Below, in pieces: positions 1 through 8,809 of a stretch of DNA of 64,000 bases (position 1 is its first letter; every line of letters begins with the position of its first letter). Source of the DNA: an uncultured Thermoplasmata archaeon (GTDB lineage Archaea; Thermoplasmatota; Thermoplasmata; JAGHBH01); contig CAZROC010000001.1 of the NCBI GenBank assembly GCA_964601625.1, positions 46,348 through 110,347 on the forward strand. Reading direction: 5' to 3'. The position numbers were made by a program, and so were the translations under genes. The notes beneath the pieces were generated by a model. It did no database searches. It worked only from the letters and a program-made list of their open reading frames with translations, and was not told the origin of the DNA.

Positions 1-4
1 TGCT

Positions 5-637
5 GTGATAATACCTCTGGGCGGAGGCGGCGGTATAACCCTCTCCCAGATAGTCCGCTATGGCATAACACCCGTGTATATCATGGTGGTGGCAAACCTG
101 GTCAACATGCACTCGGGATTCAACGGCCTCCAGAGCGGTGTTTCCCTCATAGTTCTCATTTCTCTCTTTTTAAAAGAGTGGCTTTATGGGGACATGGACG
201 ACATGCTCACAGCCGCCGCAATAACAGGCGGTCTGGCAGGATTCTGGTGGTACAACCGGTACCCGGCCAGGTTCTTTGAGGGAAACATAGGGAGCATGGC
301 CATAGGAGCCACTATAGGAGGGATCATAGTCACAAAACACCTCTATTTCACAGGGTTCGTCATGCTGATACCGCACACCATCAACTTTTTGATGTACGTT
401 TACTGGCGCTTTAAACGATGGACACTCGTCAGGCAGGGGCGAGAAGTGGGACCATACCACCACCAGATAAAGTTCGGAAAAATAAGAGACGACGGGACAC
501 TGGACGTCCCCAACCGGCTGACCCTCAAATGGTTCATACCCTTCCACAGGCCCACAACCGAGCCACAGGCGGTCAGGTATATGTACATTCTCAGCGCAAT
601 CTTCTGCTTTGCCGGAATAATAATGCCATATTATTGA
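5..637 (+). CDS. Polyprenyl-phosphate N-acetylhexosamine-1-phosphate transferase (GT4 MraY/WecA/Alg7-AglH family); 5' end cut by window edge
   Basis: Hydrophobic multi-TM ORF with a NLVNMHSGFNGLQSG-type motif typical of the MraY/WecA/GPT family; it lies next to the Alg13/Alg14 homologs. Confidence 0.65.
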   Translation: MIIPLGGGGGITLSQIVRYGITPVYIMVVANLVNMHSGFNGLQSGVSLIVLISLFLKEWLYGDMDDMLTAAAITGGLAGFWWYNRYPARFFEGNIGSMAIGATIGGIIVTKHLYFTGFVMLIPHTINFLMYVYWRFKRWTLVRQGREVGPYHHQIKFGKIRDDGTLDVPNRLTLKWFIPFHRPTTEPQAVRYMYILSAIFCFAGIIMPYY

Positions 638-1167
638 TCGATCTCTTCACGTAGTCGGACTCCCAGGCGCTTCTCTATCTCATCCCGGATAAAACACTCC
701 GGAGACACGTACTCTCTAAACTCTTTCTGTAGGGCCCGGTTTATGGCATCCTCAAGATCTTTAACGTCCGGACACCATACGAGATATCCCATCTCTTCCA
801 GTTTGAGCGGTAGCTCTTCCTGCCGGTTTTTTATTTCTACCAGGCCGCGGCTTTCTGTTACCACTTTTATTTTATCCCGCTTTAGCAGGACCTTCAGGCG
901 GGGGTTGGTGACGGCCACGATCTTTTTTTTCATGCTTAAAAGAGTGAAAAGTGTGCCGGCAGCGGCATGGGTCACCACCAGATCCGCCTCTCTGTAGTAT
1001 TCATCAAGGGATGGAGCATAACGAAAGTATTCCAGGTGGTGAGGGATATACCGCCCGCTGCCTATCTGCGCCACGACCACGTCTTTTATTTTCCCGGACC
1101 CCTTTAAAAGGTCCATGGCTTCTATGAGCTCATCAAAATATGTGGTACCCACGGTAACAAAGATCAT
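631..1167 (-). CDS. Alg13-like glycosyltransferase subunit (Glyco_tran_28_C; UDP-GlcNAc transferase catalytic half)
   Basis: VFVTVGTTYFDELI matches the Alg13/MurG-C N-terminus. The start was moved to the internal ATG at 1167, which overlaps the upstream Alg14 stop as ATGA; the ORF-track start at 1224 would overlap Alg14 by 58 nt. Confidence 0.7.
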   Translation of the reverse strand: MIFVTVGTTYFDELIEAMDLLKGSGKIKDVVVAQIGSGRYIPHHLEYFRYAPSLDEYYREADLVVTHAAAGTLFTLLSMKKKIVAVTNPRLKVLLKRDKIKVVTESRGLVEIKNRQEELPLKLEEMGYLVWCPDVKDLEDAINRALQKEFREYVSPECFIRDEIEKRLGVRLREEIDQ

Positions 1168-1718
1168 CACGCAAGCCTCCCCGCGTAGATGGCCCTTGGA
1201 AATCGTTTCTTCATCTCCGGCCACTGGACAAAAAAGAGATCCGCTATACGATAAACGATCCGTCCGGTCAGGCTCGGCAGATACACTCTCTGCATGCTCT
1301 CAACAAAAACCGTTTTTGAGCCAAAAATTTTTCCAGCTATAAAAATAGGGACCGTTATATCCTTTCCAACACTCACGATGATGTCCGGCTTTTCTGAGGC
1401 TACCGCCACCAGCGACGCAAAAAGAGAAAAAATAGACCTGAAAAGAAATGTGAACGGGTCGTCCCATGTACGCCCGGGCGGGGGAATATAGATTTCTCTC
1501 CCGGGAAAGGGCTCTTTATGGGGGGAAAGCGAATCCCCCTTTATCATAACATATACATAATCAGCATCATCTCCAAGGTGTCTGACCAGAAGAGATGTCT
1601 CCGTTGTGTGGCCTCCGCCAGCGAAGACCGCCATAATCTTCAATTTTCTCCCAGGACGTCCACTGATCCGGGTTTTTTTCCCTTTTCTTCCGCCAGTTTT
1701 CGTCTTCTCTACATACAT
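1167..1718 (-). CDS. Alg14-like protein (membrane-anchor/acceptor-binding subunit of the Alg13/14 UDP-GlcNAc transferase)
   Basis: IMAVFAGGGHTTE is the Alg14-family G-G-G-H-T signature. Start placed at the internal ATG 1718, which has an AAAGGTG Shine-Dalgarno about 5 nt upstream; the longer ORF (to 1808) would overlap the radical SAM gene. Confidence 0.7.
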   Translation of the reverse strand: MYVEKTKTGGRKGKKTRISGRPGRKLKIMAVFAGGGHTTETSLLVRHLGDDADYVYVMIKGDSLSPHKEPFPGREIYIPPPGRTWDDPFTFLFRSIFSLFASLVAVASEKPDIIVSVGKDITVPIFIAGKIFGSKTVFVESMQRVYLPSLTGRIVYRIADLFFVQWPEMKKRFPRAIYAGRLA

Positions 1719-1728
1719 CGGGACACCT

Positions 1729-3188
1729 TTACTGTTTTTCTTTTCCCGCTGTTCGTATAACGTTGACCAGAGAAACCATGAACTCAAATATGTTCGGGGC
1801 ATATCCAAGCATGAACTGTCTGGCCCGCACCAGGTACACCATGTGATGAAATATTATTTTCGGACGCAGATAAAATTCCAGCATGGCCCTTTTCTGCCAC
1901 CCTATCAACTCCTCCCGGGAGATGTCTCCAACCTCTACAACAGCGTTCCCCCACCGCATGTATTCTTTCCAGTTGTTGGTTACAGCACGTATGCCATCCC
2001 CTTTCATAGCCATATCGTACAGTACCGACCCAGGGTACGGTGTTGCGATATTAAAAAAAGCTGCATCAAGGTCAAGATTTTTTGCGAAATCTATAGTTTC
2101 ACGAATCGTCTTCCTGGTCTCATAAGGAAGGCCGATTATGAACGACCCCCTTGTCTCTATTCCGAACTCTTTTGCGAGCCTGAAAGCCCTCCGATAGGCG
2201 TCCAGCGTGGTTTTTTTGCCGATTCTCTCAAGCATCTCCCCATTGCCCGTTTCAACTCCCATACTAAGTTGAACCAGGCCCGCCCTTTTCATAGCAGCCA
2301 GCACCTCTCTGTCAATCGTGTCTGCCCTTGCCAGACAGTACCAGTCAGACAGTACCAGTGAATGTCCAGACCCCTTTCAACGATCATATTGCTTATCTGT
2401 ATGGTCCTCTTCTTGGAAAATGTGAAGGTGTCGTCGGCGAAGACCACGCCCCTGACACCATATCTCCTGACAGCCTCTTCCAGCTCGTTAACAACATATT
2501 CCGGAGAATGAGGACGGAGGGGGGCCGGGTCCTTTGAGCGATAGCAGAAGATACACCTGTACGGGCAGCCACGGCTCGTCTGGACCATCGTGCTCCTGAC
2601 CAGCCCTTCGCCGGGGACTGGCATCTTGTAATTTTCTGGGTCAACCAGATGGCGGGCGGGGAAAGGAATTTCGTCAACATTCATTATCGGTGGGCGTGGC
2701 CGGGTCAAAACGATTCTCCTATCTTTTCTGAAACCAATCCCATCTATCGTTTCGTATTCGCCCCCGGACTCCAGAACACGAACCAGCTCAGACAGTGTGA
2801 CCTCCCCCTCCCCCCTGACCACAAAGTCTATCCAGGGACTCTCTTTCAACGTCTCCGCGGGCAGAGCAGAAGGATGAAAACCGCCCGCAATGGTGACTGT
2901 CTCTCCAGAAGACTCCTTCACCCGTCTGAGAAACTCTGCCACCGTGGGCATCTCTGGGGTCGTCGCTCCCGCACCCACAATATCCGGCCTGAAAGACAGG
3001 GTTTTTTCAACAGCCCTTTCAAGTGTGAGACCCTCTGCTTCGGCGTCCACTATGTGGACGGTGTGACCTCCCCTTTCAAGCACCGAAGCGAGATAAAGGA
3101 GTCCCAGTGGAGGAAGAACGATTTTCCTGCGACCGAGTTTAAAACGGCGATAAACGCCAGCATCAGGTCTTACCAGCACAACATTCAT
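1729..3188 (-). pseudogene. B12-binding radical SAM protein; frame interrupted by a 14-bp tandem duplication (it appears as ORFs 2289..3188 and 1729..2304)
   Basis: The N-terminal ORF has a B12-binding-like region followed by SRGCPYRCIFC (CxxxCxxC). The C-terminal ORF continues the radical SAM fold (AAMKRAGLVQLSMGVETGN). Removing one copy of cagacagtaccagt (2332-2359) gives the continuous reading ...HWYCLARADTIDREVLAAMKRAGL.... Confidence 0.7.
2332..2359. repeat. Perfect 14-bp tandem duplication (cagacagtaccagt x2) inside the radical SAM gene
   Basis: Read directly: 2332-2345 is identical to 2346-2359. The unit length is not a multiple of 3, so it shifts the frame. Confidence 0.9.
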
Positions 3189-3304
3189 CTTTACTGTCCT
3201 CTCTTCTAGTGTACACTGTACATCATTTCCTCTCTTTTAAAGCCTTATTTTGTATAAAACCCTAACGTCAGGAAAAAACTTTAAAGGACTCAACATCTCC
3301 TCCT

Positions 3305-4111
3305 TTGATAAAAATGGACAGAGATTTCACATTCGCTGTATACCAGAAAATACTGGACACGCTTGTTGAAACAGGATACACCTTTGAAACGGTAGCAGAA
3401 GCGCTGGAAAACGAAAACAGGGGTACAGCCGATGGGGAAACAGGGAAAAAAATATGTATTATCAGACACGACGTGGACCACTCCCCAAAAAAAGCCCTGA
3501 AAATGGCCCTCTTAGAAAAACAAAAAAACATCCACGCCACCTACTATTTCAGGTTCTTAAAAAACATCTACCAGCCAGACACAATGAAAAAAATAGAAGA
3601 AATGGGACACGAGGTAGGGTACCACTATGAAACATTGTGCAAAAAGAAAGGCGACAAAGACCAGGCGTGGGCCCTTTTCCTTGAAGAACTCGCAGATATG
3701 AGAAAACACGTTGACATAAAAACCGCATGCATGCACGGGAGCCCCATGTGCAAATACAACAACCTTGACATCTGGCAGGAACACAAACCCGAAGAAGCAG
3801 GCCTCCTCGGCGAAGCATATCTATCTTTTGACTTCTCAAAGTGGTTTTATTTTTCAGACACCGGAAGGAGATGGGACTCAAAATATAGTGTTCGGGACGG
3901 TGTCACTAATGGAAAAAATACGGATGTAATTAGTAGTTTTCAACTGATTAGATTTATAAAGAGAGAGAAACCTGATAAGTTATATATAACTGCACATCCA
4001 TCCAAATGGGCACATAATATGAGTGAGTGGTTTATAATTCTAGCCAATCATATGGCTAAAAACCCCATAAAGTTGATTATAAAGAAGATGTGCTCAAAAA
4101 ACAAGTGCTAA
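3305..4111 (+). CDS. Polysaccharide deacetylase-like protein (divergent CE4-like); paralog of 17366..18232
   Basis: IIRHDVDHS...ATYYF... is shared with the ORF at 17366..18232 (LGIRHDVDHSL...TTYF). The 3' third of the gene is strongly AT-rich. Confidence 0.5.
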   Translation: MIKMDRDFTFAVYQKILDTLVETGYTFETVAEALENENRGTADGETGKKICIIRHDVDHSPKKALKMALLEKQKNIHATYYFRFLKNIYQPDTMKKIEEMGHEVGYHYETLCKKKGDKDQAWALFLEELADMRKHVDIKTACMHGSPMCKYNNLDIWQEHKPEEAGLLGEAYLSFDFSKWFYFSDTGRRWDSKYSVRDGVTNGKNTDVISSFQLIRFIKREKPDKLYITAHPSKWAHNMSEWFIILANHMAKNPIKLIIKKMCSKNKC

Positions 4112-4244
4112 AAATATTTTGCACTTCGGTATCCTTTGCTAAAAACAAGAGACCAAAAAGAGGAGGAAACAGAATGAACCTACCCGACGAAAAACAGGAG
4201 ATATATTACAAAATACAGAAGGGGATAACTATAGATGAAAAAAA

Positions 4245-4946
4245 ATGGAGCACTTTGCGTGGAGAGATGCAGAATATTATGATCTGTGCCATGGACCTTA
4301 CGCACTGAATAGAAGAAGAAGACAAATATTTCACAAGAGACTTAATGCTCTTGAAAAAGCTCTACTATTTGTATTGAACGGTGATTTATACAATCTCAAA
4401 AGAAAAAAGGTGCTGGACGTGGGTGCCGGCACGGCCAATTTTTCGCTTGCCTTATCTATCTGGGGTGCAGATGTCACTGCTCTTGACCTTAACCCAGAGT
4501 TCGCCAAAATAGCCGATGAAAAACTGCGAAGGTTCGGGGGCAGAGGTATAGAAGGTGACGCAGCGGACATGCCTTTTGATGATAATGAATTTGACTTAAT
4601 AGTAACCGTGAATTTCATTGACGGCGGAGATTTTCCGGAAGAAAAGATGGTGAAGGCAATAAAAGAGATGATGCGCGTTTCCAAACCTGGGTCTTATTTT
4701 ATTAACTTGATAAGAAATGGCGATCATTTTTATATGCGTTCAAAGAGGGGTATTTATGCGGTTGGAAAAGAAAAAGTGTTGCAATTACATAATTTAACAG
4801 GTCTATCTCTTATCAAGATGGGGACCTTTGTTATACCTCCACCTTGGGCAGGATTAAAAGGTTTTCTTGGATCTGTTGTGCAGTATACCCCACTAAGCAT
4901 TTTCCGAGGAGGAATATACTTCATATCCAAAAATGACAAAGTTTGA
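4245..4946 (+). CDS. Class I SAM-dependent methyltransferase
   Basis: VLDVGAGTANFSLAL is motif I (a glycine-rich SAM-binding loop), followed by an acidic residue after beta-2. An upstream 44-codon ORF with a strong RBS (ATG 4174) would fuse in frame if the A8 run at 4238-4245 were A9. Confidence 0.8.
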   Translation: MEHFAWRDAEYYDLCHGPYALNRRRRQIFHKRLNALEKALLFVLNGDLYNLKRKKVLDVGAGTANFSLALSIWGADVTALDLNPEFAKIADEKLRRFGGRGIEGDAADMPFDDNEFDLIVTVNFIDGGDFPEEKMVKAIKEMMRVSKPGSYFINLIRNGDHFYMRSKRGIYAVGKEKVLQLHNLTGLSLIKMGTFVIPPPWAGLKGFLGSVVQYTPLSIFRGGIYFISKNDKV

Positions 4947-5013
4947 TAACGGGAGAACGTTGTATGAAAAGTTTTAATACTCCCACATCTGATAAAATGG
5001 TGCCCAGAGTGGT

Positions 5014-6882
5014 GTGAGCATGAAAACAGTTCATCTGAGCAAGCGAGTTAATATTTTTATATTCCTGTCCCTCCTCTTTCTCTCTATCGCTAGCCGGTAT
5101 CCCGTTACACCACATGAGATAGGGGCTGACTCTTTTTATATACACGAGCTAGGGGAAAGCATAACTAAAAGGGGATACGCGATGTGGATTCTCCATCCAC
5201 TCGCCTATTTCGGTTTATATCCCCAGTCGTACCCAGCGGCTGTACCTTTTTTGATATCCGCCGCCCAGCAGTTAACGGGTCTTCCTATGGAGTATGTTAT
5301 ATATTTAGCAGGCCAGATATTCGGAATAATCGCCCTTATGGGGGCATACTTACTCGCTGGTGAGTTTTGGAATGATGATCGTTTCAAATTTTTATCCGCT
5401 GCCGCTTTTTCTCTTTCTCCCATAATCATCAAATTCACGTGCTGGACGATTTCCACAAGGGGCCTGTTTCTTACCTTGACACCTTTAATGCTCGGTTTGA
5501 TTCTTAAGACCAGAAATCTTGAAGGGAGCGAAAAAGTGGCATATCTCATAGTTGGTGTTTTTTTTCTCATCACCCTCGCATTGATTCACAGGATGTTTGG
5601 CCTGATAGTAATAACAATATTAATATTTTATATATTAATGTGGATTTTTAAATTAAGTATAAGGCGTTTTAACTATAATAGTATATATAGAACTACCGGA
5701 AAGATAGGCATAATCACAATGTCAACTATCATAATTATCTTTGCGTCAATTATATTATTTATTTCCATAGAAAATATATATAATGCGACAGATATACATA
5801 TATCCCTTGCTCCATCTTCTGTGCGAGCATCCGTATTTATAGGTCTGATAATATCCTTATTTCTCTCCGTGTATCTATGGTTTGTCAGCAGGGACAGACG
5901 GCCCCTAAAACAGGTAACTTCAACTGCCATAGTGTTCTTGGGCGCATCCCTATTTTTCGTTCAGTTCACCAAGTTCGCCCCCTGGCAGGACTTTTCCTGG
6001 CTGAGAACTATTCTGCCAGGGGAACTCCCCAAAGAAACTCTCCTAGATTTTATTGTGGGTCTCTGGATTGTTATGGGCGCCCGGATAGGCATATTTTTGA
6101 TCCCTGCTGTTGTTGGTATGCTGATTCTCCCCTTCACTTCAATAGCAGAGCCAAATAGAATCTTCCTAGTGGTCGCCCTATTCCTATTTTTCCCATTTTT
6201 CCACGTTGCCATGTATTTCTATCAGGTATTTTCGGTAGTATACTTCCTGCTGGGTGTTTATACCCTTTTGTTTGCTTATAGGCTATTAAGTGGGGAAAAA
6301 AGAACCCTGAGAAAAACCGGCAGAGAGCGCCAGATTGACACACACAGTAATCATAACCTTCATAAAGTGAAAAGAAAGTCACGCTTGGAACTCTCAGAAG
6401 AGAGGATAGATAAAATGAGAAAAAACGTCGCGATCGGGTTCGTAGTTGTTATCCTAATAGCATCCAGTGCTTTTACTATATATACAGTAGAATATCGTTT
6501 ACAGAATACTGGTAAATATGGTTTCAAAAACTATATGGAAGAACATGAATACACAGTTGGATTATATTTAAAAATATATAAAAACGATGCACCTATTTAT
6601 CCTGGGGCACGCATTGGTGCAATATGGGGGGAAGAGCCGCACAGAGCTCCTGAAGATGTTGAGGTGGTCCGAAAAGAGCCGCCTTCATTGTTTGATTTTT
6701 ATGGGTGGTTCGTATACTTTAAACAACCCGTTGAACAGGTTTATACATCAAAATATACTCCTTGCCCAGCGTATAAGTTCAGAACAGACCCCGAAGGAAA
6801 AATAGAAAACATGCTTGAAAACGGGCTCATTATCTACTATAATGGAAGAGACACAGTATGGTACACGTTTCCGAAAACATAA
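5014..6882 (+). CDS. Polytopic membrane protein with a C-terminal soluble domain; possible GT-C-fold glycosyltransferase or polymerase (ArnT/PMT-like). Not AglB
   Basis: More than 10 predicted TM helices over ~450 aa, then a ~170-aa hydrophilic C-terminal domain. No WWDYG motif, so not an oligosaccharyltransferase. Very low GC (~25-30%) through 5600-5900. Confidence 0.45.
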   Translation: MSMKTVHLSKRVNIFIFLSLLFLSIASRYPVTPHEIGADSFYIHELGESITKRGYAMWILHPLAYFGLYPQSYPAAVPFLISAAQQLTGLPMEYVIYLAGQIFGIIALMGAYLLAGEFWNDDRFKFLSAAAFSLSPIIIKFTCWTISTRGLFLTLTPLMLGLILKTRNLEGSEKVAYLIVGVFFLITLALIHRMFGLIVITILIFYILMWIFKLSIRRFNYNSIYRTTGKIGIITMSTIIIIFASIILFISIENIYNATDIHISLAPSSVRASVFIGLIISLFLSVYLWFVSRDRRPLKQVTSTAIVFLGASLFFVQFTKFAPWQDFSWLRTILPGELPKETLLDFIVGLWIVMGARIGIFLIPAVVGMLILPFTSIAEPNRIFLVVALFLFFPFFHVAMYFYQVFSVVYFLLGVYTLLFAYRLLSGEKRTLRKTGRERQIDTHSNHNLHKVKRKSRLELSEERIDKMRKNVAIGFVVVILIASSAFTIYTVEYRLQNTGKYGFKNYMEEHEYTVGLYLKIYKNDAPIYPGARIGAIWGEEPHRAPEDVEVVRKEPPSLFDFYGWFVYFKQPVEQVYTSKYTPCPAYKFRTDPEGKIENMLENGLIIYYNGRDTVWYTFPKT

Positions 6883-6891
6883 GGGGGTATA

Positions 6892-8148
6892 GTGATATCA
6901 ATGGAGTCAAAAAACCCACCTGACGAAGACAGAAAAAGAGATGGAAGGTTATCAATATGTTTCGTAGCGTACGCGCCCCCTTTTGCTTCCGGCGGTGCAA
7001 GCACACATTTCTGGGAACTGTTGAAACACCTCCCATCGTTCCTTTTTGCCGAGGGGAAAGAAGGTAGGATATGTGTGGTTATGGAAGATATACCACACCC
7101 GGAGATAAAAGGGGTTGAGTTTCACGTCGTCAAAGGAAATTACCTGCCCTCTTACAGAAAGAGAACCTCCGCCAGGATCCATCGCTTTCTGCTTTCCCTC
7201 CGACTGGTCTTTCTGGCCAAAAAAGATTGTAAAAACGCAGATATAATATATTCAAGGAGTCTCATAAACGCTTTTTTCCTGCTCTTTTTGTGGCCGGATA
7301 AAAGGAAAAATCTTGTCCTGGAGGCGAACGGGATATGGTCTGAGGAGCACCTGTCCAGAAAAGGTGGCAAAAAAGACCTGACCTATATCCTGTTGCGGTG
7401 GATGGAGAAAAAGGTTGCTGGTTCTTCCGCCGGGATTATATGTGTGACGCCGCAAATAGCCGAGTTTTATGGGAGATACAACAGCAATGTTTTCGTAGTA
7501 CATAATGGCGTTGACACCACTCTTTTCCGTCCATTGTCTATGGAAGATCGGCTTTATATGAAAAAAAGTTTTGGCCTCAACGGTTTCCCTGTTGTGGGCT
7601 TTGTGGGCAATTTTGCACCGTGGCAGGGGCTGGAACTGATTGTTCCCATGGCCAGAATAGTGGTTGAGCATTACCCAGATGTCAGGTTTTTACTCGTGGG
7701 AGATGGCGAAGTCAAAGAGAATCTTGAGCGAGAGGTGGCAGAGGCGGGTCTTGAAAAACATTTCATCTTTGCAGGACACGTCGACTACGAGAAGGTGCCT
7801 ATGTACATAAACGCCATGGACGTGTGCGTTGCCCCGTTCTGGAAGGGAAAAATGGTTGGGGGGGTCTCCGCATTGAAATTATATGAATATATGGCATGTG
7901 GGCGGCCAATAGTGGTGTCCGCTGTTCCAAATACGGAGTTTATAAACAAAGTGAGATGTGGATTGAGGTTTAGTCCGGGAAATCCTGATGATTTCGCGCG
8001 CAAAGTTTTACATCTGCTGGAGCACAAAAAAGAGGCAGAGGAGATGGGGCAGGCTGGTAGAAAATTTGTGGAAATTGAAGGGAGCTGGAAAAAAGTCGCA
8101 GAGAAAACATCAGAAATTTTTTATAAAATAAACGCTAAAGAAACATAA
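6892..8148 (+). CDS. Glycosyltransferase family 4 (GT-B, Glycos_transf_1)
   Basis: The C-terminal domain carries the GT4 E-x7-E region (LYEYMACGRPIVVS) and VGFVGNFAPWQGLELIV. The likely true start is the ATG at 6901 after an AAGGGGG Shine-Dalgarno. Confidence 0.8.
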   Translation: MISMESKNPPDEDRKRDGRLSICFVAYAPPFASGGASTHFWELLKHLPSFLFAEGKEGRICVVMEDIPHPEIKGVEFHVVKGNYLPSYRKRTSARIHRFLLSLRLVFLAKKDCKNADIIYSRSLINAFFLLFLWPDKRKNLVLEANGIWSEEHLSRKGGKKDLTYILLRWMEKKVAGSSAGIICVTPQIAEFYGRYNSNVFVVHNGVDTTLFRPLSMEDRLYMKKSFGLNGFPVVGFVGNFAPWQGLELIVPMARIVVEHYPDVRFLLVGDGEVKENLEREVAEAGLEKHFIFAGHVDYEKVPMYINAMDVCVAPFWKGKMVGGVSALKLYEYMACGRPIVVSAVPNTEFINKVRCGLRFSPGNPDDFARKVLHLLEHKKEAEEMGQAGRKFVEIEGSWKKVAEKTSEIFYKINAKET

Positions 8149-8163
8149 CAGTAACACGAAATC

Positions 8164-8618
8164 GGCTTTCACAATGATTTGGTGACTTTACAGGTCGTAT
8201 ATAGTGAAGAACCAGCAAATGCACTCAAGGAGGAACTTCAGTATTTACGGCTGGAATAGACATAAAAGGAGTGGCAGCGCACGGATCGCCGTACTGCAGA
8301 GAATACGGATATAGAAACAACTATATTTTCAGGGAATTCTATCCCGATGATAATTATGTCATGAAAAATGGAAAAAAGATCAAAATAAAAAAAATATCAT
8401 TGGATGAGTTTGGTTTAGAATATGAAGCATATCATTTAAATTACCGGTCATTGTTAAACGTGGACGAGAAGAAAAGAATCTTTTGGGAAGAGTTTGAAGA
8501 AAAAATTGATATGGCCAGAGGAACGATTATGCTCATCCACCCCAATCAATGGTACAGTTTTAGAACTATATGCTATCGTTCATACGAAGAAATTGCTGCA
8601 AAAATAAAATATAAATAG
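8164..8618 (+). pseudogene. Truncated, frameshifted remnant of a polysaccharide-deacetylase-like paralog (C-terminal ~145 aa only)
   Basis: 8164-8256 translates to GFHNDLVTLQVVYSEEPANALKEELQYLRLE and then TAG. A different frame from ~8250 continues AGIDIKGVAAHGSPYC...DEFGLEYEAYHL...IHPNQWYS. This aligns with GFHNDLLTLQIVYR...LRKNGIKIVGTAAHGSKYH...DLEYEAYFL...IHPCRWYS of 17366..18232. The N-terminal ~200 aa, including the IRHDVDH motif, are absent; only 16 nt separate it from the upstream GT stop. Confidence 0.6.
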
Positions 8619-8809
8619 GTATGTTTTTTATAATCTGTTTTAATCGAAAGGGCTCAACTTGCAGTCACATTTAGCCATATTTCGGCAGTTGGGTGCATAC
8701 TATAATTATATATCAACAGTTTCAAATAGAATTATATTAATACTCTCTTTATAATTGGATTTTTTGTTATCAAAAAAGTTTATATCCCCTGTTCACAATT
8801 GGGAAGAAC

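Noticed and set aside
5014-6882. AglB/STT3 oligosaccharyltransferase
   Set aside because: It is polytopic with a C-terminal soluble domain, but the WWDYG and DK/MI motifs are absent. Kept as a generic GT-C-like membrane protein.
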